From positions 1 through 42,420 of the IMG/VR virus record IMGVR_UViG_2700989535_000005: 42,420 bases of DNA. One strand, written 5' to 3'. Below, piece after piece: positions 29,663-39,922 of this stretch (positions within the stretch are counted from its first letter, which is position 1; each line of letters begins with the position of its first letter). Made by a program: the position numbers and the translations under genes. Source of the stretch: a virus (Duplodnaviria; Heunggongvirae; Uroviricota; Caudoviricetes). The notes below the pieces were generated by a model, which was not told the DNA's origin, ran no database searches, and worked only from the letters and a program-made list of their open reading frames with translations.

Positions 29663-30360
29663 ACACTTGCTCCTTTCAGTCCGAACTTAGCTTTGATTTC
29701 TGCGATCTTCGCCAGAGCCTGTGCACGATTTAGAGGTCTACCGCCCATGACAGGAAGTTGTTTTACTGGTTCAGGGATCGCCTCACCACGGTTAATTCTC
29801 GCAGTCATATGGACAAGCTCATCTGCGGCCTTACGGCGTAATTCCGCATCAGTAAGCGCATTGGCCCGCATGTTCTGATACAGGTTGGTAACCAGCCAGT
29901 AGTGCGCGTTTGATTTCCACGGATAAGACTCCGCATCCGGATACAGGCCTCGCTTCCGGCAATACTCGTAAACCATATCAACCAGCTCGCTGGCGTTTGG
30001 CAGCCCGGCGGTAACGGATGCTTCTTCCCGGCACCAGGCAACAAACTGCCCGGGTGATGGCAGGAATGGTCGATTCTGCCGGCGGGCTACGCGCATTCCA
30101 GCGTTAACCTGTTCCATCGTGGTGATCCCATTTTCCCGGAAAGCCAGAACCCACTGGCGGCGGATTTCGTTCAGTTCATTCTGGTCACGGTTAGCCAGGC
30201 TCGCCGGGAAAGTTGCCAGTAACTGGCTGAACACACCATTGATGATCTGCGCTACCTGTTGTACCTGCGGCTTTTCGTCGTACTGTTCCGGCATGTTGTT
30301 GGCGATCCGGCGCATCTGCTCACGGTCAAAGTTAACCATCTGTGCGGCGATGTTTTTCAT
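29659..30360 (-). CDS. P: Replication protein P (helicase loader)
   Basis: 233 aa matching recalled lambda P. Confidence 0.9.
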   Translation of the reverse strand: MKNIAAQMVNFDREQMRRIANNMPEQYDEKPQVQQVAQIINGVFSQLLATFPASLANRDQNELNEIRRQWVLAFRENGITTMEQVNAGMRVARRQNRPFLPSPGQFVAWCREEASVTAGLPNASELVDMVYEYCRKRGLYPDAESYPWKSNAHYWLVTNLYQNMRANALTDAELRRKAADELVHMTARINRGEAIPEPVKQLPVMGGRPLNRAQALAKIAEIKAKFGLKGASV

Positions 30361-31256
30361 AAATCCACCCCGTAAATCCAGTCAGTGTTTGTCAGGTCGA
30401 GTTTTGGTTTGCTGGCTGTCACGCCTGCCTGTTGCTTGTTACGGTTGATTTCGAGCTGGGTCCACTTGTCGCGGAGTTTGGCCGGACTCAGCACGTTACC
30501 GGACCAGAAGTTGTCCTGGCAGGCCCAGCGGAAAAGCACACACATATCGCGGTGGTTACGTCCGTCACGTTCACGCATCAGGCGGATATCGTTAGCCCAC
30601 CCAGCAAAATTCGGTTTTCTGGCTGATGGCGCGATGGTCTTCACCATGTCAAACATCCACTCTGCGGCGGTCAGGTCTTCTGCTGTTCCCCACTTGCTGC
30701 CGCTCTGAATTGCAGCATCCGGTTTAACCACAGAAAGATCGTTTTCTGGCTGGTCAGAGGATTCGCCAGAATTCTCGGACGAATAATCTTTTCTTTTTTC
30801 TTTTGTAATAGTGTCTTTTGTGTCTCCCTGTTTTGAGGGATAGCAATCCCCCAATTTGAGGGATGTTTTATCCCTCGTTTTAGGGGATTTTCCCTCGTTT
30901 TGAGGGATACACCATTCTGAGATGTTTTTATTTGGTCCAAACATGCCGCCTTGCTGCTTGATAATATTCATTCTGACGAGTTCTAACTTGGCTTCATTGC
31001 ACCGTTTGACAGGTAACTTTGTAATCTCGCTAAGTTGAGAATCGGTGATTCTGTCCATTGGTTTATTCCACCCATAGGTTTTACGCAGAATGGCAAGCAG
31101 CACTTTAAACTGTCGCTTGGTCAGATCTGCGCCCGAATAAGCCTCAAGCAGCATATTTGATAGTCTGGCGTAACCATCATCGAGATCTGCCACATTACGC
31201 TCCTGTCCGGCAAAGTTACCTCTGCAGAAGTTGAGTATTTTTGCTGTATTTGTCAT
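30357..31256 (-). CDS. O: Replication initiator O
   Basis: 299 aa matching recalled lambda O; contains the ori iterons. Confidence 0.9.
   Translation of the reverse strand: MTNTAKILNFCRGNFAGQERNVADLDDGYARLSNMLLEAYSGADLTKRQFKVLLAILRKTYGWNKPMDRITDSQLSEITKLPVKRCNEAKLELVRMNIIKQQGGMFGPNKNISEWCIPQNEGKSPKTRDKTSLKLGDCYPSKQGDTKDTITKEKRKDYSSENSGESSDQPENDLSVVKPDAAIQSGSKWGTAEDLTAAEWMFDMVKTIAPSARKPNFAGWANDIRLMRERDGRNHRDMCVLFRWACQDNFWSGNVLSPAKLRDKWTQLEINRNKQQAGVTASKPKLDLTNTDWIYGVDL
30825..30908. repeat. ori-lambda iterons (four ~18-bp O-binding repeats) with adjacent AT-rich region
   Basis: Repeated tccctc(g/a)ttttgaggga-type units inside O, next to the A/T-rich stretch 30781..30820. Confidence 0.85.
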
Positions 31257-31288
31257 AATGACTCCTGTAGATTTATCCAGTAATGACC

Positions 31289-31582
31289 TCAGAACTCCAT
31301 CTGGATTTGTTCAGAACGCTCGGTTGCCGCCGGGCGTTTTTTATTGGTGAGAATCGCAGCAACTTGTCGTGCCAATCGAGCCATGTCGTCGTCAACGACA
31401 CCCCATTCAAGAACAGCAAGCAGCATTGAGAACTTTGGAATCCAGTCCCTCTTCCACCTGCTGATCTGCGACTTATCAACTCCTACAGCTTCCGCTGTCT
31501 TCTCAGTTCCAAGCATTGCGATTTTGTTAAGCAACGCACTCTCGATTCGTAGAGCCTCGTTGCGTTTGTTTGCACGAACCAT
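31289..31582 (-). CDS. cII: Transcriptional activator CII
   Basis: 97 aa from MVRANKRNEALRIESALLNK, matching recalled lambda CII; the track ORF is extended upstream by 20 codons. Confidence 0.9.
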   Translation of the reverse strand: MVRANKRNEALRIESALLNKIAMLGTEKTAEAVGVDKSQISRWKRDWIPKFSMLLAVLEWGVVDDDMARLARQVAAILTNKKRPAATERSEQIQMEF

Positions 31583-31661
31583 ATGTAAGTATTTCCTTAG
31601 ATAACAATTGATTGAATGTATGCAAATAAATGCATACACCATAGGTGTGGTTTAATTTGAT

Positions 31662-31693
31662 GCCCTTTTTCAGGGCTGGGATGTGTAAGAGCG
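31662..31693 (-). promoter_or_regulatory. nutR (boxA cgctcttac, boxB gccctgaaaaagggc)
   Basis: boxB stem-loop at 31662..31676 and boxA at 31685..31693, read on the minus strand between cro and cII. Confidence 0.8.
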
Positions 31694-31700
31694 GGGTTAT

Positions 31701-31910
<210 letters not shown>

Positions 31911-31925
31911 TTAGTACATGCAACT

Positions 31926-31995
31926 ATTATCACCGCTAGAGGTAAAATAGTCAACACGCACGGTGTTAGATATTTATCCCTTGCGGTGATAGATT
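31926..31995. promoter_or_regulatory. Right operator region OR1-OR2-OR3 with divergent PR and PRM
   Basis: Three 17-bp operator-like sites; PR -10 GATAAT and -35 TTGACT on the minus strand; PRM TAGATA/TAGATT on the plus strand ending 6 nt before the cI ATG. Confidence 0.85.
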
Positions 31996-31998
31996 TAA

Positions 31999-32715
<717 letters not shown>

Positions 32716-32746
32716 TTGTTTTATTTTTCACGTAATAGGATGATTT

Positions 32747-33508
32747 ATGACACAGTTTCAACTTGCATTAATCGCTAGAGAAGTTGATGGAGAAGTCATC
32801 CATCTTCGCACCAAAGACGGATACATCAATGCCACCGCGATGTGCAAGTCTGCGGGGAAGCTACTTGCTGACTATACACGACTAAAAACAACACAAGATT
32901 TTTTTGATGAATTATCACGCGATATGGGGATTCCCATATCGGAGTTAATTCAATCATTTAAAGGCGGAAGAGCAGAGAATCAAGGGACTTGGGTTCATCC
33001 AGACATCGCAATTAATTTAGCTCAGTGGCTATCTCCAAAATTTGCAGTGCAAGTATCGAGATGGGTGCGTGAGTGGATGTCAGGTGAAAGAGCGCCTGCC
33101 GAACTCCCTATCCACCTTAAGCGGTATATGACAAACCGAGGCAGAGTTCCTCATACGCACTTTTCTATGCTTAATGAACTGACGTTTAACTTGGTTGCGC
33201 CACTTGAACAGGCCGGATATACGCTGCCAGAAAAAATGGTCCCTGATATTTCAGAGGGTAGGGTTTTCTCGCAATGGCTCCGTGACAACCGGGGGGTTGA
33301 GCCGAAGACATTCCCAACATATAACCATGAGTACCCAGATGGCCGGACATTCCCGGTACGTCTATACCCAAACGAATATCTTGCAGATTTCAAACAACAC
33401 TTCAACGAAGTGTGGCTGCCTCAGTACGCTCCTAAATATTTTGCTGAACGAGACCAAAGGGCATTGACGTTGATTGAGAAAATCATGCTACCTGACCTTG
33501 ATTCCTAA
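32747..33508 (+). CDS. KilA-N domain protein (253 aa) in the position occupied by rexA/rexB in lambda
   Basis: N-terminal DGYINATAMCKSAGK...GGRAENQGTWVHPDIAINLAQWLSPKFAVQVSRWV matches the recalled KilA-N consensus; AGGA 7 nt before the ATG; 31 nt after the cI stop. Confidence 0.7.
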   Translation: MTQFQLALIAREVDGEVIHLRTKDGYINATAMCKSAGKLLADYTRLKTTQDFFDELSRDMGIPISELIQSFKGGRAENQGTWVHPDIAINLAQWLSPKFAVQVSRWVREWMSGERAPAELPIHLKRYMTNRGRVPHTHFSMLNELTFNLVAPLEQAGYTLPEKMVPDISEGRVFSQWLRDNRGVEPKTFPTYNHEYPDGRTFPVRLYPNEYLADFKQHFNEVWLPQYAPKYFAERDQRALTLIEKIMLPDLDS

Positions 33509-33517
33509 ATGTTATTC

Positions 33518-33542
33518 CCGGCCACAGAGCCGGGTTTTCTTT
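33518..33542 (+). terminator. Intrinsic terminator ending the cI operon
   Basis: cccggc cacaga gccggg followed by ttttcttt, 10 nt after the stop. Confidence 0.7.
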
Positions 33543-33699
33543 GCCTCACGATCCCCCTCACCCAAGAACACATAACCAATTGTATTTATTTGGAAATTAA
33601 TAGATACAACTCACTAAACATCGCAATTCAGATCTCTCGATCACCTTCCCAATCCACACAACCCTGCAAAAAATAAATCTATATAAAAAACATACAGAT

Positions 33700-33762
33700 A
33701 ACCATCTGCGGTGATAAATTATCTCTGGCGGTGTTGACATAAATACCACTGGCGGTGATACT
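33700..33762 (+). promoter_or_regulatory. Left operator region OL3-OL2-OL1 with PL promoter
   Basis: Operator 17-mers aaccatctgcggtgata, tatctctggcggtgttg, taccactggcggtgata; -35 TTGACA (33734..33739) and -10 GATACT (33757..33762). Confidence 0.85.
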
Positions 33763-33802
33763 AAGCACATCAGCAGGACGCACTGACCACCATGAAGGTG
33801 AC

Positions 33803-33832
33803 GCTCTTAAAAATTTAGCCCTGAAGAAGGGC
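33803..33832 (+). promoter_or_regulatory. nutL (boxA cgctcttaaaaatt, boxB gccctgaagaagggc)
   Basis: boxA followed by the boxB hairpin between PL and N. Confidence 0.8.
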
Positions 33833-33942
33833 AGCATTCAAAGCAGAAGGCTTTGAGTAGCGCGAAATGCAGCTGCAAGACAGCAACCGTGGAGATAAGC
33901 ATCACGGCGCGTTACTCAAAGCTAACTGGCAGGAGAATCCAG

Positions 33943-34266
33943 ATGGATGCACAAACACGCCGCCGCGAACGTCGCGCAGAGAAACAGGCTCAATGGAAAG
34001 CAGCAAATCCCCTGTTGGTTGGGGTAAGCGCAAAACCAGTTAACCGCCCTATTCTCTCGCTGAATCGCAAACCGAAATCACGAGTAGAAAGCGCACTAAA
34101 TCCGATAGACCTTACAGTGCTGGCTGAATACCACGAACAGATTGAAAGCAACCTGCAACGTATTGAGCGCAAGAATCAGCGCACATGGTACAGCAAGCCT
34201 GGCGAACGCGGCATAACATGCAGTGGACGCCAGAAAATTAAGGGAAAATCGATTCCTCTTACCTAG
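33943..34266 (+). CDS. N: Antiterminator N
   Basis: 107 aa from MDAQTRRRERRAEKQAQWKA, matching recalled lambda N; the track ORF is extended upstream by 30 codons. Confidence 0.9.
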   Translation: MDAQTRRRERRAEKQAQWKAANPLLVGVSAKPVNRPILSLNRKPKSRVESALNPIDLTVLAEYHEQIESNLQRIERKNQRTWYSKPGERGITCSGRQKIKGKSIPLT

Positions 34267-34821
34267 TTACTTAGATATTGGCCTTGGCTTTATCTCAATA
34301 TTATATGGATCATAGCTGGCAACTAATTCAGTCCAGTAAATATCCTCAATAGGGAATAATATATGCTTCCCGTTCCATCGGGAAAAAGTTTTGTTCAACA
34401 CACCAAGCTCAATCAACTCACTAATGTATGGGAATTGTTTTGATGTAACCACATACTTCCTGCCTTCATTAAGGGCTGCGCACAAAACCATAGATTGCTC
34501 TTCTGTAAGGTTTTGAATTACTGATCGCACTTTATCGTTTTGCATCTTAATGCGTTTTCTTAGCTTAAATCGCTTATATCTGGCGCTGGCAATAGCTGAT
34601 AATCGATGCACATTAATTGCTAGCGAAAATGCAAGAGCAAAGACGAAAACATGCCACACATGAGGAATACCGATTCTCTCATTAACATATTCAGGCCAGT
34701 TATCTGGGCTTAAAAGCAGAAGTCCAACCCAGATAACGATCATATACATGGTTCTCTCCAGAGGTTCATTACTGAACACTCGTCCGAGAATAACGAGTGG
34801 ATCCATTTCTATACTCATCAA
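34267..34821 (-). CDS. sieB: Superinfection exclusion protein B
   Basis: 184-aa membrane protein on the opposite strand to the PL operon, in the lambda sieB position. Confidence 0.7.
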   Translation of the reverse strand: MMSIEMDPLVILGRVFSNEPLERTMYMIVIWVGLLLLSPDNWPEYVNERIGIPHVWHVFVFALAFSLAINVHRLSAIASARYKRFKLRKRIKMQNDKVRSVIQNLTEEQSMVLCAALNEGRKYVVTSKQFPYISELIELGVLNKTFSRWNGKHILFPIEDIYWTELVASYDPYNIEIKPRPISK

Positions 34822-34945
34822 ACTGTAGGGGTTGTAATAGTTTATCCGATTTCTCGCTGTAGGGGTACACGAGAACCACCGAGCCTGATGTGGTTAAAAG
34901 ACAGGCACAATCTTTACTACCGCAATCCACTATTTAAGGTGATAT

Positions 34946-35032
34946 ATGGAAGAAGAATTTGAAGAGTTCGAAGAGCATCCTCAGGATGTGATGGAACAAT
35001 ACCAGGACTATCCGTATGACTACGACTATTGA
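34946..35032 (+). CDS. Small acidic ORF (28 aa, lambda orf28-like)
   Basis: Hand-translated MEEEFEEFEEHPQDVMEQYQDYPYDYDY; overlaps the ral start in another frame; below the ORF-track cut-off. Confidence 0.4.
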   Translation: MEEEFEEFEEHPQDVMEQYQDYPYDYDY

Positions 35033-35216
35033 TAAAAATCAATGGTGTGGACAATTCAAGCGATGCAATGGATGCAAGCTGCAATCGGAATGCATGGTTA
35101 AGCCTGAAGAAATGTTTCCTGTAATGGAAGACGGGAAATATGTCGATAAATGGGCAATACGAACGACGGCAATGATTGCCAGAGAACTTGGTAAACAGAA
35201 CAACAAAGCTGCCTGA
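35016..35216 (+). CDS. ral: Restriction alleviation protein Ral
   Basis: 66 aa MTTTIDKNQWCGQFKRCNGCKLQSECMV..., matching recalled lambda Ral. Confidence 0.85.
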   Translation: MTTTIDKNQWCGQFKRCNGCKLQSECMVKPEEMFPVMEDGKYVDKWAIRTTAMIARELGKQNNKAA

Positions 35217-35352
35217 TAGTGGCCTTTATTTTTGGCATAAATAACAGAATAAACACTGCACTGTGTATTCATTCCAACGAGTGAATACACGGAGCAATGT
35301 CGCTCGTAACTAAACAGGAGCCGACTTGTTCTGATTATTGGAAATCTTCTTT

Positions 35353-35379
35353 GCCCTCCAGTGTGAGGGCGATTTTTTA
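35353..35379 (+). terminator. Intrinsic terminator in the PL operon
   Basis: gccctc cagtgt gagggc followed by gatttttta. Confidence 0.6.
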
Positions 35380-35398
35380 TCTATGAGGATATGAATAG

Positions 35399-35767
35399 AT
35401 GTCAAACATCAAAAAATACATCATTGATTACGACTGGAAAGCATCAATAGAAATTGAAATCGACCATGACGTAATGACAGAGGAAAAACTTCACCAGATT
35501 AATAATTTCTGGTCAGACTCTGAATACCGACTCAATAAACACGGCTCTGTATTAAATGCTGTATTAATCATGCTGGCGCAACATGCTCTGCTTATAGCAA
35601 TTTCAAGCGACTTAAATGCATATGGTGTTGTGTGTGAGTTCGACTGGAATGATGGAAATGGTCAGGAAGGATGGCCTCCAATGGATGGTAGCGAAGGAAT
35701 AAGAATTACCGATATCGATACATCAGGAATATTTGATCCAGATGATATGACTATCAAAGCCGCCTGA
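35399..35767 (+). CDS. ea10: Ea10-like early protein
   Basis: 122 aa in the lambda ea10 position between ral and cIII. Confidence 0.65.
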   Translation: MSNIKKYIIDYDWKASIEIEIDHDVMTEEKLHQINNFWSDSEYRLNKHGSVLNAVLIMLAQHALLIAISSDLNAYGVVCEFDWNDGNGQEGWPPMDGSEGIRITDIDTSGIFDPDDMTIKAA

Positions 35768-35839
35768 GCGCGGCGTTACCGCATACCAATTACGCTTCAC
35801 TCGAGGCGTTTTTCGTTATGTATAAATAAGGAGCACACC

Positions 35840-36004
35840 ATGCAATATGCCATTGCAGGGTGGCCTGTTGCTGGCTGCCCTTCCGAATCTTTACTTGAAC
35901 GAATCACCCGTAAATTACGTGACGGATGGAAACGCCTTATCGACATACTTAATCAGCCAGGAGTCCCAAAAAATGGATCAAACAATTATGGCTATCCAGA
36001 CTAA
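35840..36004 (+). CDS. cIII: CIII (FtsH inhibitor)
   Basis: Hand-translated 54 aa [47 protein letters not shown]..., matching recalled lambda CIII; the overlapping 89-aa track ORF is a frame artefact. Confidence 0.85.
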   Translation: MQYAIAGWPVAGCPSESLLERITRKLRDGWKRLIDILNQPGVPKNGSNNYGYPD

Positions 36005-36116
36005 ATTCACTATCGCCACTTTTATTGGCGATGAAAAGATGTTTCGTGAGGCCGTCGACGCTTATAAAAAATGGATATTAATACTGAAACTGAGATCAAG
36101 CAAAAGCATTCACTAA
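35973..36116 (+). CDS. kil: Kil (FtsZ inhibitor)
   Basis: 47 aa [47 protein letters not shown], matching recalled lambda Kil. Confidence 0.85.
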   Translation: MDQTIMAIQTKFTIATFIGDEKMFREAVDAYKKWILILKLRSSKSIH

Positions 36117-36191
36117 CCCCCTTTCCTGTTTTCCTAATCAGCCTGGCATTTCGCGGGCGATATTTTCACAGCCATTTTCAGGAGTTCAGCC

Positions 36192-36488
36192 ATGAACGCT
36201 TATTACATTCAGGATCGTCTTGAGGCTCAGAGCTGGGCGCGTCACTACCAGCAGATCGCCCGTGAAGAGAAAGAGGCAGAACTGGCAGACGACATGGAAA
36301 AAGGCCTGCCCCAGCACCTGTTTGAATCGCTATGCATCGATCATTTGCAACGCCACGGGGCCAGCAAAAAAGCCATTACCCGTGCGTTTGATGACGATGT
36401 TGAGTTTCAGGAGCGCATGGCAGAACACATCCGGTACATGGTTGAAACTATTGCCCGCCACCAGGTTGATATTGATTCAGAGGTATAA
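36192..36488 (+). CDS. gam: Gam (RecBCD inhibitor), short 98-aa form
   Basis: Matches the C-terminal 98 aa of recalled lambda Gam; the upstream ATG at 36071 is in a different frame. Confidence 0.9.
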   Translation: MNAYYIQDRLEAQSWARHYQQIAREEKEAELADDMEKGLPQHLFESLCIDHLQRHGASKKAITRAFDDDVEFQERMAEHIRYMVETIARHQVDIDSEV

Positions 36489-36493
36489 AACGG

Positions 36494-37279
36494 ATGAGTA
36501 CAGCACTCGCAACGCTGGCAGGGAAGCTGGCTGAACGTGTCGGCATGGATTCTGTCGACCCACAGGAACTGATCACCACTCTTCGCCAGACGGCATTTAA
36601 AGGTGATGCCAGCGATGCGCAGTTCATCGCATTGTTGATCGTCGCCAACCAGTACGGCCTTAATCCGTGGACGAAAGAAATTTACGCCTTCCCTGATAAG
36701 CAGAACGGCATCGTTCCGGTGGTGGGCGTTGATGGCTGGTCCCGCATCATCAATGAAAACCAGCAGTTTGATGGTATGGACTTTGAGCAGGACAATGAAT
36801 CCTGTACATGCCGGATTTACCGCAAGGACCGCAATCATCCGATCTGCGTTACCGAGTGGATGGATGAATGCCGCCGCGAACCATTCAAAACCCGCGAAGG
36901 CAGAGAAATCACGGGGCCGTGGCAGTCGCATCCCAAACGGATGTTACGGCATAAAGCCATGATTCAGTGTGCCCGTCTGGCCTTCGGATTTGCTGGTATC
37001 TATGACAAGGATGAAGCCGAGCGCATTGTCGAAAATACCGCATACACTGCAGAACGTCAGCCGGAACGCGACATCACTCCGGTTAACGATGAAACCATGC
37101 AGGAGATTAACACTCTGCTGATTGCCCTGGATAAAACATGGGATGACGACTTATTGCCGCTCTGTTCCCAGATATTTCTCCGCGACATTCGCGCATCGTC
37201 AGAACTGACACAGGCCGAAGCAGTGAAAGCTCTTGGATTCCTGAAACAGAAAGCCTCTGAACAGAAGGTGGCTGCATGA
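36494..37279 (+). CDS. bet: Bet (Red-beta single-strand annealing protein)
   Basis: 261 aa matching recalled lambda Bet. Confidence 0.95.
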   Translation: MSTALATLAGKLAERVGMDSVDPQELITTLRQTAFKGDASDAQFIALLIVANQYGLNPWTKEIYAFPDKQNGIVPVVGVDGWSRIINENQQFDGMDFEQDNESCTCRIYRKDRNHPICVTEWMDECRREPFKTREGREITGPWQSHPKRMLRHKAMIQCARLAFGFAGIYDKDEAERIVENTAYTAERQPERDITPVNDETMQEINTLLIALDKTWDDDLLPLCSQIFLRDIRASSELTQAEAVKALGFLKQKASEQKVAA

Positions 37280-37956
37280 CACCGGACATTATACTGCAGC
37301 GTACCGGGATCGACGTGAGAGCTGTCGAACAGGGGGATGATGCGTGGCACAAATTACGGCTCGGCGTCATCACCGCTTCAGAAGTTCACAATGTGATAGC
37401 AAAACCCCGCTCCGGAAAGAAATGGCCTGACATGAAAATGTCCTACTTCCACACCCTGCTTGCCGAGGTTTGCACCGGTGTGGCTCCGGAAGTTAACGCT
37501 AAGGCGCTGGCCTGGGGAAAACAGTACGAGAACGACGCCAAAGTCCTGTTTGAGTTTACTTCCGGCGTGAATGTTACTGAATCCCCGATCATCTATCGCG
37601 ACGAAAGTATGCGCACCGCCTGCTCTCCCGATGGTTTATGCAGTGACGGCAATGGCCTTGAGCTGAAATGCCCGTTTACCTCCCGGGATTTCATGAAGTT
37701 CCGGCTCGGTGGTTTCGAGGCCATAAAGTCGGCTTACATGGCCCAGGTGCAGTACAGCATGTGGGTGACACGAAAAGATGCCTGGTACTTTGCCAACTAT
37801 GACCCGCGCATGAAGCGTGAAGGCCTGCATTATGTCGTGGTTGAGCGGGATGAAAATTACATGGCGAGTTTTGACGAGATGGTGCCGGAGTTCATCGAAA
37901 AAATGGACGAGGCACTGGCTGAAATTGGTTTTGTATTTGGGGAGCAATGGCGATGA
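37276..37956 (+). CDS. exo: Exo (Red-alpha 5'-3' exonuclease)
   Basis: 226 aa matching recalled lambda Exo. Confidence 0.95.
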   Translation: MTPDIILQRTGIDVRAVEQGDDAWHKLRLGVITASEVHNVIAKPRSGKKWPDMKMSYFHTLLAEVCTGVAPEVNAKALAWGKQYENDAKVLFEFTSGVNVTESPIIYRDESMRTACSPDGLCSDGNGLELKCPFTSRDFMKFRLGGFEAIKSAYMAQVQYSMWVTRKDAWYFANYDPRMKREGLHYVVVERDENYMASFDEMVPEFIEKMDEALAEIGFVFGEQWR

Positions 37957-38111
37957 AGCATCCTCACGATAATATCCGGGTAGGCGCGATCACTTTCGTC
38001 TACTCCGTTACGAAGCGAGGCTGGGTATTTCCCGGCCTTTCTGTTATCAGAAATCCACTGAAAGCGCAGCGGCTGGCTGAGGAGATAAATAATAAACGGG
38101 GGGCTGTATGA
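37953..38111 (+). CDS. Small ORF (52 aa), lambda orf60a-like
   Basis: ATG overlaps the exo stop (ATGA) and its stop overlaps the methyltransferase start (ATGA); below the ORF-track cut-off. Confidence 0.45.
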   Translation: MKHPHDNIRVGAITFVYSVTKRGWVFPGLSVIRNPLKAQRLAEEINNKRGAV

Positions 38112-38665
38112 CTGATTTCACCGGAAGCAATACTCCTGCCGAACATCGCGACAGCTGGCGCACACCACCAGAGATTTTTGCTGCGCTGAATGCAGAGTTC
38201 GTTTTTCAACTTGATGCTGCAGCCAACGAAAAAAACCGGCTATGTCGGCTTTTTATCTCACAGGAGCAGAACACATTAACCACTTCATGGCCTGAAGCAA
38301 TGGGATATGCCTCTGGTTATGTCTGGCTGAATCCACCATACAGCAATATTTCCCCTTTTGTGAAAAAGGCAGCCACCGAAAACAAATTCAGTAGTGTGGG
38401 ATGTGTAATGTTATTGCCTGCTGACACGTCTGTCGGATGGTTTCATGAAGCGATACAAACCGCCAGTGAGGTCAGATTCATCACAGCAGGACGACTGGCA
38501 TTTATTAACCCACTCACCGAGAAACCCGTGAGTGGAAATAATAAAGGCTCGATGCTCATTATCTGGCACCCATACCCCCGTACACACTGCCACTTTACGA
38601 CCGTTGATCGTGGCGAGTTGATGGCGTTCGGCTCAAGGATTCTTGCCCGTCGGGAGGCTGCATGA
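38108..38665 (+). CDS. Orphan DNA N6-adenine methyltransferase (phage Dam-like)
   Basis: 185 aa with NPPY motif (WLNPPYS) and no adjacent restriction endonuclease gene. Confidence 0.8.
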   Translation: MTDFTGSNTPAEHRDSWRTPPEIFAALNAEFVFQLDAAANEKNRLCRLFISQEQNTLTTSWPEAMGYASGYVWLNPPYSNISPFVKKAATENKFSSVGCVMLLPADTSVGWFHEAIQTASEVRFITAGRLAFINPLTEKPVSGNNKGSMLIIWHPYPRTHCHFTTVDRGELMAFGSRILARREAA

Positions 38666-38741
38666 CAACCACGGAATGCATTTTTCTGGCAGCGGGCTTC
38701 ATATTCTGTGTGCTTATGCTTGCCGACATGGGACTTGTTCA

Positions 38742-38957
38742 ATGACACCTCAGCAAGAAAACGCCCTTCGCAGTATTGCCCGTCAGGCTAATTCTGAAAT
38801 CAAAAAAGCCAGACAGCAGTTTCCGGATAAAAACGTCGATGACATTTGCCGTAGCGTACTGAAGAAGCACCGCGAAACGGTAACGCTGATGGGATTCACA
38901 CCGACTCATTTAAGCCTGGCGATCGGCATGTTAAACGGCGTCTTTAAGGAACGGTGA
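38742..38957 (+). CDS. Hypothetical protein (71 aa)
   Basis: Internal ATG of track ORF 38643..38957; no family recognised. Confidence 0.4.
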   Translation: MTPQQENALRSIARQANSEIKKARQQFPDKNVDDICRSVLKKHRETVTLMGFTPTHLSLAIGMLNGVFKER

Positions 38958-39055
38958 ACATGAAAAGCAAAATCATCAGGGAGCTACAGGCTCCTTTTTT
39001 ATTATTCGCATTCACCCTCAAGCGTATTAACCAACAATTCAGGGATTAATGGAAG

Positions 39056-39274
39056 ATGGCAGACATCATTGATTCAGCATCAGAAATTGAAGAATTACAG
39101 CGCAACACAGCAATAAAAATGCGCCGCCTGAACCACCAGGCTATATCTGCCACTCATTGTTGTGAGTGTGGCGATCCCATAGATGAGCGAAGACGCCTGG
39201 CCGTTCAGGGTTGTCGGACTTGTGCAAGTTGCCAGGAGGAGATCGAACTTAAGAACAAACAATGGGGACTGTGA
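39056..39274 (+). CDS. DksA/TraR-family C4 zinc-finger protein
   Basis: 72 aa with CxxC-(17 aa)-CxxC (CCECGDPIDERRRLAVQGCRTCASC). Confidence 0.7.
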   Translation: MADIIDSASEIEELQRNTAIKMRRLNHQAISATHCCECGDPIDERRRLAVQGCRTCASCQEEIELKNKQWGL

Positions 39275-39321
39275 TGGCCTCAAAGCAGCAAATTTCAACA
39301 TCGTCCAACTGAGGTGTAAAA

Positions 39322-39600
39322 ATGTTCAGAATCATTTTGCCTAACACCTGGTACGTCGACCACCACGGCACTCCCTGCAAAATCCTGCGTTCTACCCACA
39401 ACAAAGTTCACTACATCCGAAAAGGCAGAACATGTATCGCCAGCATGTTCCGCTTTAATCATGACTTTGAACCTGTGAATAAAGCTGATGCAGATTGGAT
39501 AGCAGAAGAGATCGAAACGGCAGAACACATTAAGAAGTTACGTGACATGCGTTCAAAAAGCAGAGGTAACCATGGAATCATACAGCCTCACACTCGATGA
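39322..39600 (+). CDS. Hypothetical protein (92 aa)
   Basis: ORF between the TraR-like gene and xis. Confidence 0.4.
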   Translation: MFRIILPNTWYVDHHGTPCKILRSTHNKVHYIRKGRTCIASMFRFNHDFEPVNKADADWIAEEIETAEHIKKLRDMRSKSRGNHGIIQPHTR

Positions 39601-39922
39601 GGCCTGTCAGTTTCTTAAGATATCCAGACCAACCGCCACCAACTGGATACGAACAGGCCGCCTACAGGCAACACGCAAAGACCCCACTAAACCAAAATCT
39701 CCTTACCTCACAACGCGACAAGCCTGCATTGCGGCGCTTCAGTCTCCGCTGCATACTATCAAGGTGAGCGCGGGTGATGGCATAACAGAGGAAAGAAAAT
39801 GTCACTCTTCCGCAGAAGTGAAATATGGTACGCCAGTTTCACATTGCCGAACGGTAAAAGATTTAAACAGTCTCTTGGAACAAAGGACAAAAGGCAGGCG
39901 ACAGAGCTCCATGACAAGCTAA
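39572..39922 (+). CDS. xis: Excisionase (P22 Xis-like)
   Basis: 116 aa from [33 protein letters not shown] (helix-turn-helix); overlaps the int start, as is usual for xis-int pairs. Confidence 0.75.
   Translation: MESYSLTLDEACQFLKISRPTATNWIRTGRLQATRKDPTKPKSPYLTTRQACIAALQSPLHTIKVSAGDGITEERKCHSSAEVKYGTPVSHCRTVKDLNSLLEQRTKGRRQSSMTS

Noticed and set aside
35847-36116. 89-aa ORF from the track
   Set aside because: Frame artefact: the region is better explained by cIII (35840..36004) and kil (35973..36116), which match recalled lambda proteins.
36220-36534. 104-aa ORF overlapping gam
   Set aside because: Alternative frame of the gam coding region; gam itself matches recalled lambda Gam.
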